Assembly: GCF_964204645.1 (NCBI RefSeq) | Contig: NC_134029.1 | Coordinates: 22,686,950 to 22,750,949 of the forward strand | Length of the DNA stretch: 64,000 bases | Reading direction: 5' to 3' | DNA from: Tubulanus polymorphus | Lineage: Eukaryota > Animalia > Nemertea | In this document: positions 14,001-31,353 of the stretch, piece by piece | Position numbering within the stretch: the stretch's first letter is position 1 | How the letters are laid out: each line of letters starts with the position of its first letter | Notes under the pieces: model-generated | The model's database searches: none | Seen by the model: the letters and a program-made list of their open reading frames with translations, nothing else | Told to the model about the DNA's origin: nothing | Made by a program: the position numbers and the translations under genes

Positions 14001-17000
14001 GTCCGACACACCTTGATATCGTTCAACATGATAATACAGTAAGGATGTGGAGCCGATTTCGGCAGACGATGTATCTCAAGAATTTCTATGTTCAAGCTTC
14101 TCAATTCTTTCAGTTTTGAAGACGCTGGTTTGTTCTTGATCACCGTGTTCACACAAAATGGCTTCAACGCTTGAATCCAATCCTATTAACAGATCAAATG
14201 ATGAAAAATTCAATCTTGGCGTAAAAAGTAAATCGATATTTCGATGAAGGGACATCCTCCCTCGGCAGGGATACGAACCAGATGGCATCGCTAGACTCAG
14301 CCACAACACGAAACCCTGCCTGACAAGCCCAAATGCACAGCTTTGATGATATCACTATAAGCCAATCAGAAATCCCGTTCTATTTTAGCCCAGGTTTTTT
14401 CCAGTTATAGCTATCTTAGAAATTTACTTAAGCAATACACAAATCAGGCAATGTGATTGGCGCTGTTTTCATGCAGCAAACCTGCGCATGAACCTGCGCA
14501 CTTGGTCTAATGTGTCAGGGTTTTGTAGCGTGGCGAGTCTCGATGCAATCAGGTTCGAATCCCTGCCAGGGGTGGATATTGAGGGACCGCTGTACTTACG
14601 TTTGCGAAATCGGCATTATCGGCAAATAGATAATACTGTGAGACATGATTTAATCCACGCATCAGTAACTGGAAACAATTCGGTCTCTCAAAGAAACTGT
14701 CATGGACTGGATACATCGAGGTATAGCTCAGATCAATAAGTCCTTTCGGACGTGAACGCTACAACATAGAAACAAGTATTCATTTAAATCACTCGTCTAA
14801 TTCAAGCGAAAGGATACGAAAATTTTGTTAAAAGCTTCCACGTACCTTCACGCTCTCGAAGAAATAAAGCTGCTGATCAGTTTTATTGAGCATGAAATAA
14901 AAATTCTTCCACTTTTTGGTTTTTTCGCCTAGATTCAAAACAAAAGTAACGACTCAATTATTGCCAAATCCATTTTTATCGATCGTAGAGATTCTATTTC
15001 ATACGCGATTTCAAACTTACTTCTTTTGTTTAGATATCCTCGCATAACAATAGTATCATTACGACTGGCTAAGAAATTCGGGCCGCTGCTCTGACGAAAT
15101 GACGCGTAGATTTCACGACCGTTGAAATCGCACAAGTCGGCATTTTGAATATCGTAACAATCCTGAAAAACATTTACAAAATCCGATCGCGCATCAGAAA
15201 ACATTGGGAATTTGGTTTCCGTTAACAGGGCCACTTTGCGGCCATTTACAAATCCCCCGAAATTCCCCCCCCCCCCCCGATTCTGCTGTGTGATTACACT
15301 CAAAGAGAAATTTCTACGTTTAGAATGTTACAATTTATTCATTTTCATTGAATCACATATAGCATTATCCGAATTCCATGAGTTTTCCAGGTTTTTGGTA
15401 AAATCTGTCAAATTCCCAGAATTTTCTACGATTCGCTGAGTTTTTCAGGCCAGTGGCCACTGTGGTTAATGTATAGACACTACAACATCTATCATTTTAA
15501 TGAACGATTCTATTTAGACTGTTGAATAGAAAGCAAAAGGGCTGATGATCATTCTTAATTCAAATGAGTACAAATATAATCTATTGAAATTTCGACTATG
15601 CGATGAATTGGCAACTCAGTGGTCATCGAAACCAAGCGTGTCATCGTATGGTATTCACATTATTGTCTATTGTGGTCAGTCAATATGGTTCACAGAATGG
15701 CAAGGTCCAATTCCGCTGAATTTATAGATTATTTCCTAGAAACCTGGCGGCGTATCTAGTTTCGCGTATTATCGCAGCTTCAGTTGTTCGTATTATTCTG
15801 ACATTTGCATTCTGATTACAACTCTGTAACTTTCACAGAAAACCAGCCATAAAAGTGGCGTCATAACGTATACCCGGTACCCTCCCTGGTGCCCTTGACC
15901 GACGCATCGCGCACTCAGCTACTTGTGACATTTTTCATGACACGACCATACTATATCCATCGCCATACGTAAATAGACTCGAAGGACAACGAACTAGTAA
16001 CATTTTAACCTTGCGAATTACTTGAGATGAAATACTTATATCGTGACGATGTAAAAATCAGAAGAAAAATGCTATCAGGAAAAATGAATAGTTTCAAGAA
16101 CTCCGAAGAAAGCGTTTAATAAGAGAGTTGACTAATTTTTGGGATTAGTCTATCGTGACCTTAAACATTCTAGTTCTAAAATCTTACGCTTGAAAATTGC
16201 GTCGTCTAAACTCTAACAACTGTTTTTCCACCGTCCATCATAAGGTATTTTTCCTAACAGCACTCACCGTGCAGCAATTACAGATCTTGCGAAATTTTGT
16301 TGAAATCATATGAAAATCATATATACATCGTCATAATATGAGATTTTAAGATAACGAGCAATTTACAGCCACTACATCGAACATCAAACATGTACCTAAT
16401 GATGAGTCATAGAATTGGTCCCACTCCACAATATCAGACCATTCACCAGCTCCTCACCACCGTTATATACAATTATTGATTTTTTGGGATTTTCCAAAAA
16501 GTGAAAACATAAATCTTTTTATCAAAACACCTTTGTTATTGGCAAATAATTGCAGGACACGTAAATCTGGCTTCTTCAAAGTTTTCAAAAATTTCCGAAT
16601 GATCATGTTTGTATATGAGAAATAGGAAAGACCTATAATGAGGTGTATGACAGAAGTAAAGGTGAAGCTTAATATTGTCAAATCATTACGTCATGCCCTC
16701 TACTTATATACAATATGAAGACAATTAACACGTAGAACAGCGTAGAATATATGAAATGCGATAAACTACGAAATGTACTTTTATATTAATCTCGGGGCAT
16801 TGCTCATTCCTCTATTATAGTTTAGTTGTAATAATCTTTCATAACCGACGAGTAGTTAGTTCATAGTTCATGGTTCAACGTGACCATGATGCAAGACAAG
16901 ACACTCCTTCCCTCCCTCCTTCCCTGTTAATTCGAAATATTTCGAAAATATTCCCAAAAAAAAAAAAAAACTTCAGGGTGACCAAAGATTCAGTAAAGTA

Positions 17001-20000
17001 TTAATAGCAATGACTTCATTATGATTAATTATGATTTTTCTGACCTAAGTTCAACCATTCCGAAAGTTGAACAATGTTTACACAAAGCGGTCGATGTCCA
17101 TCTACAATAGCGGAACCTCGTCTCAACGAACTTCAGGGGACTAGAAAATGTATTCGTCATATTCGATAATTTGTAAAATAATTAAAATTGTCCCATTTGA
17201 GATGAAATTCTAGAGGTTTTGAATAACCGACAAATAATTATCACAACGGCGGTTTTACTACTGTATTTACCTGATAGAATCCCATAACTTGCAATCCGCG
17301 ATCGTTCTTCATATTCCGTAACAATAATTTGCACGATTCGATAAACGGCGATGATTTCTTACCGAACGCGCATAACATATTACAACAATGAGATACACGA
17401 CGATAGCGTCGTCATGACGCGCGCGCGATACGACCTCTTATATACCCGCAGAGATCGCGCAACAATGTCCACGTTTACCGGGACTTCCAGTTAAATGCCA
17501 TTAACGCGTTAAGATGAAATGAGTTGACCGATCTAGGATAGTATCAATTCCTAACTAACACGAATAATTCAACATACACATATATGCATACATTCCATGA
17601 ACTCAAGACCTAATTCGCGCAGGACATCTGGTCAGTGGTCATACGCGGCTGGCCACTGGCCAAAAAACCTAATTCTATTATTCGAATATAACAATTTTCA
17701 GCGTTAACAGATTTATAGGCTCGTAAAATTTTGAATTCCGACTAACGCGCTGTGAATGCAATTAACGCTTTCGTTGGTTTCAAATTTACGCATATTGTGC
17801 CCCGATCGAAATTAATATTCATACGCAATTCGTAAATTGTCATATATTAGCACAATAACTAGCATTTTTAAAATTGCACGATAAAAATGTAACCGGTGAA
17901 TAACCCTGAATAAACGGGCAAACAATTCACGCAAACGAATTGAAAATAACTGAAATTCTAGAATCACAAAATCAACTTCATCGGTCGTTGAACGGTTTGA
18001 AAGGTAAATATGAATCAGTCTTCATTCAGCGGGCAGAGACTGATTTATACGAAGTACCATATGGCTAATATGCTTTTTCGCGAGAGTTTTTAAATACTTC
18101 ACAATTTCGATGAATCGAAAAAAAAAGAAACGCTTCAACTTTATTGTTAAAGGAATAAATCAACTGAAGCTTTTTAGCAGTTATTCGATACTAATATCTT
18201 TTTTAATGTTAATCGAACATCAATGAAATCGGCTATTTACTCGATAAAGCGCACATTTACTCTGTAGAATACGAAATAGTTACGAATACTGAAAGGTTTT
18301 CGATTCGCGTATTCACGATTTTTTACCTCAAACTTCATCGGTGAAAATTGATAACTCTAATCCGCGTATCGGCATACAATCCACAGGTAGCCGTTTTTGT
18401 AGAAATTCAACTATTCAGTCGACGCTTCGATGAGTTTTTCAATGAAAAAACCATTGAAATTTTCGCGGCTGGACATTGGATGCAACATGTGTCGATCTAA
18501 AGAGGATCTAATCCCGTCATTCTACACTGTAGTATCAAATCATGAAGTCACCGAGTACGAATGATAGCGAGAAGGCGAGTTCATATATAGAGAGGTCACT
18601 CGGTGCAAACGTCGCAAATTGGAATATCTTTGACGAATAATGTTATTATTGCCATTACAAAGTCAACATTGATTTGTAGTAGATGGGCGAGAGTGTTAAC
18701 CCGAGCAGAGAAAATTGTTTAATTCATTCATTCATTCACGCGCTAGACATAGAATTGTCGCGTGTCAGATCATCCATACACCTACGAGACTAAGATCTAC
18801 ACTTCGTAATCTTTATTTCGATTAGAATTAAAATACGCGGTAAAACTTCATTCCGAATATTTTCCAAACGGATATAAATTCCTGGTTTTTTTTTTTGCCT
18901 TTCAAATACGGCGCAATAATTGATTTTTGATCACTCGTTCAGTCGCGGAAATAAAGCACGTGTCGTTTTAACGATCGAAAATGATGATAGTTAACACTTA
19001 CTTTTAATACGGGATATTGAAGCGTAAAGCCATCTAAAATCTCTTCTTTTTTGTATCGCTCCACGATGTCATTTATACTGCAACAGATGACGGATAAAGT
19101 TGACTATTTCATGAGTTTATATTGATTGAAACCGGTGGCGCACCAGCTTACGGACATGAGTAATTTACACATTTTTGCATATTTATTCAAAGATCAGATC
19201 AGTTTTAACACCTGATTGAGAACAAACAATTTCGTTCATCGGTTAACAAACAAAACGAAAAGAAATAACTATATTCAGCGATTTTAGAATCGAGCTGAAT
19301 TTTGTCGCAACTCTGGGGACCCGGTCCAACAGCAAACATGTGTTTATTCAAAACCGTAGACCGAATTCCATCAAAATTGGTTTAATAAAAACTGGATAAA
19401 TCCCTAGGATTACTTCAATCAGAGTAGAATTTTAAATCACTCAACTCCAGGCAGCTGCGAATATAAAACTTAATCCAACAACCGTATTGGACTGGTTTGT
19501 GGTCGTTTTTAGCACATTAAGCGCCGGCTATAATCACTTAGCTGTACCTGTTGAAATAGCGTCCTCCCATCATAAACTGGCGACCTCGTTTTTCGATACG
19601 GAACTTCTTTGGTTTGTTCCCCGGTAAACAGTACAGCGAATAATCTCCCGGGTTGCTGTCGCTGGGCCGCACCAAAAAGCTTCCCAAACCGGCTGAAAAC
19701 ATAGACACGAACGCAAATATTGATTTCGACGGGTTGATGAACCGTTATTAAATAATAAACCAGATATCAGATAACTGAGTGGCATGAATTTAAAATTCAC
19801 TCCCGATTAACAATGATTCTGAGATAAACGGACGAGATTGATTTCAATCTGGTACACTCGTTTATTTCGACACAGTGAAAATGGTAAACTGTCCGAAATG
19901 CGTGCCAAAAACTAGAAACGTCCAATAACATTCGAGTAAATACTCAAACAATTCATTCTTTACAAAAGCAGCTTTCATCAAGGATGTCAAAACAGAATAG

Positions 20001-23000
20001 CAAATTTCAAAGGCAACCTGTGTCATATATGCACCTGCATTTACATGTGCAGAAAAAGAAACTGCCACATTCATAATAGCTGCTTTTTTTGAAAAAAAAA
20101 AACACTTCTCCCTCACCTTCCTGAGCACTCTGAATAGGGCATGTATATATATATATATATATATATACGCATTTATCGGAAAAAAGTCAGACACCATTTA
20201 GAAATAGACAGATGCAATTAGCTTTTTCAATGACGACTTTGTCCATGTGGTTTTGGGCTTCAGGCGGCTTAAGTCATACAAAAGCCGTCTGCTTTTTCTG
20301 TGGCGGTTATATACTCGTCAATTAAAACACCCAAAGGCCAATTTCGTTCGTTATCTCATTTTGCCCCGGTAAATAGAATCGTATTTTAACGAAGATAAGA
20401 ATCGCTGCGAGAAATGAATGTATTGTGATCTGAAGCGCACGCGCGTGTCGGGCGATATCAGACAAAACGAAATCTGCCCGAATTAGAGAGAGAAAAAACA
20501 TGTCGATTCGATGGATATTTCAGTAAGAATTTGAAATTTGTCTACGTCTCGTGGGGATCAGGGGATTGGTTGCTAGAAACTAATGAATGATATGATTGCG
20601 ACAGATTGACAAAGTCAATGAACAATGAACTTGAACCCGCATTTCACCGCAAGTGAAAACTGACCGAGCCATTCATCAGCATATCGTATAAATATTATCT
20701 ATGAATTCTGTTTAATCAGAGTTTTTGCGGTATTTACTCAGGTGCCTTGTCGGCTCAGTGTTCAACACTTACACGAGTATAACTTGTTGCTCGCCTGAGC
20801 TTTTGTAATGTTACTATGATAGAAATCGAGCACTTCCACCGGGTCAATCTTATCCTGAAAAAGAAAGAAACAAGAAAACTAACTTGAAAGTTTAATTGAC
20901 GCCTTGAAAAACAACATATTTATCACTTAATATTGTCGACAATTAGTCTTTAATATTTAATTATATAATTAAATATTAATGACTATAAGTCCTTTTAGAT
21001 TTCAATACATCAATAATGTAATTGAATTGACGGGCAACCAGTCTAGCCCTGATATATTGATAACGTAGTCCACATCCTCGCAAAAAAATAATTATCAAAA
21101 TCTATCAAAGATAGATCTCGGGCAGCACGAGATAATGACCTTCTAATATTACTGCTCTGTAAAATAGCTTATAAATGAATGAATTTATTTCGACTTTGAA
21201 AGATCGTTGAGTTTGCGAAGACCAGGCCCGGTTAAGTATTCTAGCTACGTACAAGTAGCCTCCTCTCATATTCAAAAGCTCGCACATGTACCACACACAG
21301 TAATAGGTTAATTATCACGAACGTTTCAACGATGAATTAATCAATGATAATTGATTAGCCCGCGCCTTATTTAGTACGTTTGACTTAGATTTGCAGGCTT
21401 TCCATACAATTCACAATGAAATGAAGATCGTTCGTATACACTTCATAAAACGCTCTACGCAGATCTGATATTTCATTTATCAGTTCTATTCAAACATTTT
21501 TACGAACTATGGACATTGACGTTATTCATCAAAACCAATTCATGAAATACTCATCGAGTCTCAATCGGAGAACTTTACCATACTTCAGATTTAAACTGGA
21601 ACAATTTAAACATATACATGTAAACACCATTGGGTGGAAATCACTGATTTACGCACGCAATTTATGACGGACGGACGATCGGTGAATGGGTTACATCACT
21701 ATATTCATAACAAGTAAACTGAAGCAAAAACGACTTCTATATTTCACAAACAAGCGATCACCACCGAAAACAGTCATTATCTTCCAACATTGAATTCGTC
21801 AATTTCGTCTTTCAGTTGAGCTCGGGTAAATGTCAGTCATCTATAATTCAATAGGCTTCTAAAAATGCTGCTTTTAAGTACGATGAAAAAGCAGTATCAT
21901 GTCAAATATCTCTACAGAACGAGTACGGAGTCTCAGGTCAAATGAACTGTACTCTTTGCCCCTTGTATTTGAACTATTCATTCGATTCAAGGTTCTATTT
22001 CTAAACATTAAATCAAGATATGAGAAAATTAATACGCTTTGCGGTTGGAGTAAATACCGCGTAATCTGATAATCAAATGTTAATTATTGATGAATATACA
22101 AGGTCGAGTTTTATACGAATATTTTGTTAAGTCGCAGGGGGATGATGTCTCCTCAGTACCATTATAAAGCTTCGATTAGATTTTCTTATTATTTTAACGC
22201 AATATCCAATTGGAGGCATTAGATGTTAAATAGCTGTCATGTACCGCCTTCAATACGGAGCAGGTACGCACTGAATTCAACATTACAATATATTATGTGC
22301 TAGCTTACACACGAGTTGACGTTTGTTTGACCATGAATATCATTTAGGGTTAGACTGTAAGCATTAAGTTCACAACAACTGGTTACCTGTACTTGTCTGG
22401 CAATGCTTTCTGATGATAAGGCCTGGTAGAAACACCAGCAAAATAACATTTCAGTATTCATTCATACGGTAAAAAAAAAGATATTTGATAAATACAAAAA
22501 CGACGATAAAGAAGAATATTCCCGGCTTAGAAAAACAGCCTGTACACTTTGAAGAGGAGAATAGATAATTAGATTAAAACCCACGATATACATATTTGAA
22601 AGATTTAAAAAAAACAGAATCTATTTATCAATAATTTAAATAAAACGATATAACTGTTTTTGTCTTTGTTCACACCGGATGTCGGTCTCTAGAGACACTG
22701 ACACGCCATCAAACAAATAAACTTTGTTGTCAATCTTTTAAATTTGTAAATAGCGTCTTTCGATCTAATTCCCAGCTTCATCTCGAGCCAGTCGAATAAT
22801 CTTCCGACTTTTTGTATTTGATCTCTAGAATTTGAATATATCGACAGCGGAACCTACCAGATCTTCGACGAATCCTGTATATACGATTCCACTCTGACCG
22901 GTACGCTCGGACGTCACCCATAACCAACCGTCACCGAGCTCGTTCCGTACGACAAACTTCTCTCCTTGCGGAAAACTAAAAACGGAGAAAAGTATTTTTT

Positions 23001-26000
23001 TTTACATAAACACTGGCTGTCCGAATAGCGCGAGTGCTCACGAGTGCTCTCGACTCGCGAGGTTCGAAATATAATAAACAAAGTACATCTTATAACAACC
23101 TGTTTCGAGGATATGTACCAGATGTCAAACACATCTGCGAATGTTCCACTTTATTATCTCAATGACACATAAACTGCGCTACCTCTTCGAGCGTTTAATC
23201 GATATACGCGTCCAGAAAAACTAGATCTCATCAAAAACTATTCACTTCGACGATGATGAATTCATCAATTTTTTGGTAAAGAATCTATTCCAGTGCGAGA
23301 GGAAATTCTGCGTCAAGCCGAGCCCTTATACGACGTACCGGTGTTTAGCACATATAACAATCAATATATATTCTATTCGCCCAGAATTCAAATATCCTCG
23401 TTTTTTTTCCGCAATCATTCGATTTAAAATGAATAACCGATATAAATTACTCCCCCTATAATTGCGGGGAATCCCTGATAAACATGAATCATTAACAAAA
23501 ATTGATTTTTGTCTTTTGTACTTCGAAACTGCAATTAACTTTATATCTATAACAACTAGGACATTCATATCAATATCGATTGAATTGGAGTAAAATCTTA
23601 ACAAAATTTTTCAATTAGTTTATCAAATTACAACGGTACGAATAACGTTTATATATGAAATGTTCCATTTTGACGCGACAGGTCGAAGACCGTTGAATGA
23701 CACACGATTTGAAGTTCTATGTCAAGCACTACTCAACATTATATCGTAGACTATATGAAGACAAGTCTCTTCACTGGATGCCCGATGGTGAATACAAAAG
23801 AGCTTCAGTTACAATAGCCTTTAACCCGATGTTTAATTATGCGTCTAGGATGACTTGACACGCGTTAATAGAATCGTCTCATGAAGGGAAAACCGAAAAT
23901 ACATTTATTTTTGGGAAAACTTATCAACGAATTCATATTTTTATTCAACCAGGAAATACTTCACTGGTATTAATCTCAGTAGTTCAGGGTTAATGAGTAC
24001 AGTTGACGAATTAACAATTCATTCGGACAGTTTTCCAAGTTTTCGAAACTGTCGGAATAAATTGTTAAATCATCAACTGTGGGTTTAGCTCATTAACTCT
24101 GAATGAAATACTTTATTTTGAATTTTTTACCTTAGTTCATCGGTTTCCGCCATTCCGCGATACGACAACTGGGCTATCACCCGCCTTCTGCTATCAACAG
24201 GCTGCAAAACGAAACAGAAATTCACATATGAAATTTCCAGCGATAACCGTCACCTGAATTCATCTCGTAAACAACTCGACTCCGCGATAAAAACATTTCC
24301 AATTATCGAAATTGTGTGATTATCTCGAAATATGCACAATCATCAACTCGAATTCAAACTAATCTCAAAACTGTGACGATAAAACATGGCAAAAGTGTCC
24401 ACAATTCGACATTGCGAAAGAATTGAAGCTTTTACTGGTAACTGTTGTTGTGATGAAAACATGAACTAACTTAACCCTTTCAGTGCTGACTAATTAATAC
24501 CCTATAGTGCTGGAGAAAATTTGAAAATTCTAAAAAATTCCACCCTAGTGTGTTGAACAATGGGAATACCACTATAGTGCGTCTACACCGCAGTGCGGTG
24601 TATCGTTAGTTACTAGTATTTCACTATGTTTGACACTTTCTGCCATTTTTCAATAGAGATAATTACAAATTACTAATTACATCAATACACTGCAGTGCGG
24701 TGTACTAGCAAAATCCATCACTGATTTATACACCGCACTGCGGTGTAGACGCACTGAAAGGGTTAAGTAAATTCTGTAAACTGAAGATTACGTTGCCAAA
24801 CTGGACCAAAATTTTATGATAAAACTCACAAATTGGCGTCATTTTCATCATAAATTCGGATTACGTTAAATTGATTTAGCATTTACCGACTTGAAATGGA
24901 CTGATTTTCCAACTTTTGGGTGACACTTAACCAGGAACTGTAGAACAGGGACGAATTCTGAATTTAATTTGAATTTAATTAGCTGTTTTTATACTTTTGC
25001 TAGTAATAGTCTGTACTAATTTGGCCCATACTTGGAAAGGACCAAATCAATGCTGTGCGTTCAGGCACTTTTAAATCAGTTGTTATCACTGTTCCAGCTA
25101 GACTCAATACTACGATTGACAAAATTCAAAAGTTTTTATTCATACCCAGAAATGGTTTATTCTTAAATCACAGAACGTAATCAGACAGACCATTCTAGAC
25201 CATTCTTTTGGCAAGTGTAAATAAACGCTTGTTTCGTTCTAAATCGTACCGGACTAAATTTTGAACGATCTAAATAACCAAGTGTGAACTTTCGCCACTC
25301 TCGGTTACTTACCTCTGGCGGTGGACATGGTACGGTTAGACGTTCTCCCTTCAGTAAATCAGATACGCGTGTATAATATCCGATTAGTTCTGATAACGAG
25401 CTGAACTGACGACCGCCGATGTAGAAATCACCACAAAGTGCAATTATCCTATAATTCAACAAAATATAAATACCAATGAATATACACGCTAAGGAAATCA
25501 GAATTGAAAGTAAAGTGATCATTTGTCGACGTGCGGCTCTTTAGTTTTTATCGGTTTATTATCAACTGTTAGAAATTACGTAACCGAAATCGTTTTATCA
25601 GTTAGGGCCTACACAAAAAATATCTCGAGTGCGTGACACTAAATTTAGACGAAACTCAGATTATGAGTAATCAGGTCACCATGTATAAAACCTGAGCCTC
25701 TCCTCACTGATAGGAATCGATATCGCGACAAGAAAACGAAAGTCAACTTACGACGACACGATTTGAAACATTATCGAATTGAATATAGAACTCGTGGTTT
25801 CGCGCCCGACTTGAAACGAGCGCAGATGATAAGCCCAGTTTAATATCGAAAGCAGGAATGAAGACGATATCGTCACGAGACGATTCTTCACCACCTGCGA
25901 ATCACGATAAATCATACACAGCTGCATTTCAGTGTTTAACATTATTACGAAGATAACGTTTATTTTCGAAATGCGTATTACCAGCGAATAGGAAGAAGGA

Positions 26001-27447
26001 AGTTATTTTTCAATCAGTGGGCGTTTTGTCAATTGCTTTATCATTTGATTGTTCGTTTATGGGACAGATTCGCCAGGACTAAATACGTAATTGCGGACCT
26101 CAGATAACCCTCCCACAAAAAATGGGAAAAATCGAAACACATCAGTATAGTTTGTAAAACGAACTAATTATTGTTAACTATTAAAAAAAATTGATTATTC
26201 ATTATAATGTATTGTTCTAAAAATAAACATTTTCATCATCGTTAAAGAAACTTTCAATATTTTGGTTTTCTAATTTATAATAGAAATAAGGCGGCTAGCA
26301 GTTTATTTCTAATTTCCAATTCAATTCATTAGGTAAAAACTTGTTAATGTCACGAATAAGGCCGGTCGGATGCTAGGCATGAGATTTGGGATATGCCTGG
26401 CATGTGGAGTCATTCAAGTGCTTAAAACACATGATTTCACGATTCAATTCATGATTTCAGATCCTAGAATTTCTATTAAAGGTACTTAAGTCTAGAACAC
26501 TCCGCACATTCAACCAAAAACATAAACTCACATCTAGGCCTATGTATTCATGATTTGACCCAGAACTTACTCAAATATTCGGAAAGTGCAGAGAGTTGAG
26601 GAATTAATAATCACATATATAAAGCCTGGATACTGGTTGTTGTGAAGATTACCGATAGCTTACCTAAAATGGCTCATGCCAGTTTTACCGCAAAATGAGA
26701 GTACAAATGAACCAGGCCGGCGGTCACTTTCTCTGATTAGATAAAGACCTGGTTCTCCTTTCACTCGCAATCGTTCCTCTGTCGTTTCTCGGTCCAAACG
26801 TCCGTGAAACCATCTATAATTAACAAACATATTTAAATTCTAGCAATTGACAATTACATCAATAGGCTACATGTGTGATCTGTACATGAGTAAGGTGTAG
26901 AATATCCACCCCTGGCAGGGATTCGAACCCGATGGTGATGAGACTCTCCACGGCGGCACACAAGACCGGATGTGCAGGCACACGCGCTGATCTAGTGCGG
27001 CAGGAGTTCGTGTCGTGTCTAAATTTACCGACATTATTTATATATATATAGGATAGTAGGCTAACTAAAAAATCAGTAAGTAGGCCCTAAAAGACCGCAG
27101 TTTAAAGTGTAACTATGGGTTCAAGCAATAGTTAGGTTAGGATAATTACTATTCATTAATTAGGGATTATTTAATAAACTGCAGTCAAATCAATAAATCA
27201 GGAGGAGGGGAAAGGTACATTTAGCTGTTTCGTGATTGGTGAGTTTTGAGGAGTGGTTGAGCTGGAGGAAGCGTTTTTTCGATAGAGAAACTCACTCTTT
27301 TTCGGGAGGTGCATCCAAATCTACGTTTACAGGTTCATCAACGAGTTCTACTTTAGAAGAGAAAGGGTCGAATTCATCGATATCGTTCGTGATTAAGGTC
27401 GTATCATCTAAATTCGTCGAGCACAATTCGCTCAATTCCGCCATCAT
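11053..27447 (-). CDS. RASA1: Ras GTPase-activating protein 1 (p120GAP): SH2-SH3-SH2-PH-C2-RasGAP
   Basis: Spliced exons give APPEKEWFHGRLDR..LIRESDRRPGSFVLSF (SH2); IIALCGDFYIGGRQFSSLSELIGYY; SH3 (RRRVIAQLSY..ELGDGWLWVTSERTG); SH2 (GSFLVRPSDSNPGDYSL); PH (KTKKWKNFYF..PKGLIDL); C2; GAP with LFRG arginine finger and GFIFLRLICPAILNP. Stop at 11053. Confidence 0.95.
14253..14580. mobile_element. Two inverted copies of a tRNA-derived SINE-like repeat (14253-14325 minus; ~14481-14580 plus)
   Basis: B-box GGTTCGAATCCC followed by TGCCAGGGGTGGATATT; related copies at ~3661-3702 and 26901-27010. Confidence 0.65.
23970..24104. mobile_element. Palindromic MITE, same family as 61282-61562
   Basis: Nested inverted arms TTCAGGGTTAATGAG..ACAGTTGACGAATTAACAATT / AATTGTTAAATCATCAACTGT..CTCATTAACTCTGAA. 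Confidence 0.6.
24475..24762. mobile_element. piggyBac-type non-autonomous MITE
   Basis: TTAA|CCCTTTCAGTGC...GCACTGAAAGGG|TTAA. Internal near-palindromes TACACCGCA[G/C]TGCGGTGTA. A second copy lies at 52750-53027 in the opposite orientation. Confidence 0.85.
26901..27010 (-). mobile_element. tRNA-derived SINE-like repeat
   Basis: Minus strand reads ..GGGTTCGAATCCCTGCCAGGGGTGGATATT, matching the copy ending at 14580. Confidence 0.65.
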
Positions 27448-27455
27448 CCTGCCAT

Positions 27456-30207
<2,752 letters not shown>

Positions 30208-30248
30208 TAATACTCATGTGTAGCTTTTTATGTGCGCAGTATTTTATA

Positions 30249-30493
30249 CAGGGTGGCCACTTTCCATCCATTCCCTGAGTTTTCCATGATTTTTCCATGT
30301 GATTACCAGTACTCAAAATCTCCTGCGTGAATCGGAGAAATTTCCAGGTTTAAAATGTTACAATTCATTCAGAATCATACGTACTGATTAAGTGGTCAAG
30401 TGGACAATACAAATTCCCAGAATTCTGCAGATTTTTTTAGTTTTTCTAGATTTTTTCTGATTCCCTGAGTTTTCCAGGTCAGGTGGCCACCCT
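30249..30493. mobile_element. CAGGGTGGCCAC-ended non-autonomous DNA transposon (hAT-like MITE) in the TMEM184C 3'UTR; relatives at ~11586-11836, ~15226-15464 and ~48753-48982
   Basis: TIR CAGGGTGGCCAC..GTGGCCACCCT; internal motifs TTCCCTGAGTTTTCC, GTTACAAT and AAATTCCC shared among copies. Confidence 0.7.
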
Positions 30494-31313
30494 ATTAAAG
30501 GTCAATTCCAGAATATGATGTACTAGTATGAACTTAGTACCAGTAAGTAGCAAGGGACCATTGCGCCGGCTCAATTTGTTTACTTAATTTAGGTACCGCA
30601 ATTGCCTTAATTGATATAATTTTTACGAGTTGTGTTCAACTAATAGATTGTTTTAAATGTATTGAGTGGGTAACTGCTTGTGAATGACTGCACAATGTAT
30701 CGTTTCATGGAATCATTTAACTAATTGTGTAACCTTAAGCTTAGCTGTGATATGAAAGTTTCCGTGGAAATTCTGTCATGATTTCTGATTATAAATATGA
30801 AATTTTTTGTTTGGTCAAACCGAGCAAATAAGTTTCTTGATAAAAATTGAGATGCAGAGTGCCATTGAAGGTAAAAAACCTTATTATTCAGGGATGAATT
30901 GATGAGATATAATATTATCGTCTTTTTTGTAATTCACCATTCAAAAACTTGTATTTTTAAATTGCATGTACGAACGTGTTTCTATGCGAAATAAAAATTT
31001 TGATGTTTGAAAAGTTGGTATTACTTCCATTCTGAAAACTGGCAACAACTTCGGATTTCTTACAACAAAGTTCTTGTGGGTTTTGGAAAATGTGAATTTT
31101 TTTTTTTCAGGCCCATGAAAAGCTATGGAAATTCAGAAAATGTTCCCGATATAACATTTTCCGTACTTTTGAATTCAAGGCTTTATATGGAAAATCGTCT
31201 TAACTATTTCAAAACGGGGAGTTGCTACTTTCCTTCATGGCCACTACATATTTGGTGAAAATCTTTAAAACACTATGTGAATGGTATAATTTATGGAAGC
31301 CCTGAGACGACAT

Positions 31314-31353
31314 TGCCAGTTGCCAGTTGCCAGTTGCCAGTTGCCAGTTGCCA
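31314..31353 (+). repeat. (TGCCAGT)n heptamer run extending inward from the left TIR
   Basis: About 5.5 tandem TGCCAGT units; the first unit is part of the TIR. Confidence 0.9.

Noticed and set aside
14481-14580. Possible tRNA gene (GGTTCGAATCCC T-loop)
   Set aside because: No acceptor stem or cloverleaf; several diverged copies share a common 3' tail, which is typical of a SINE.
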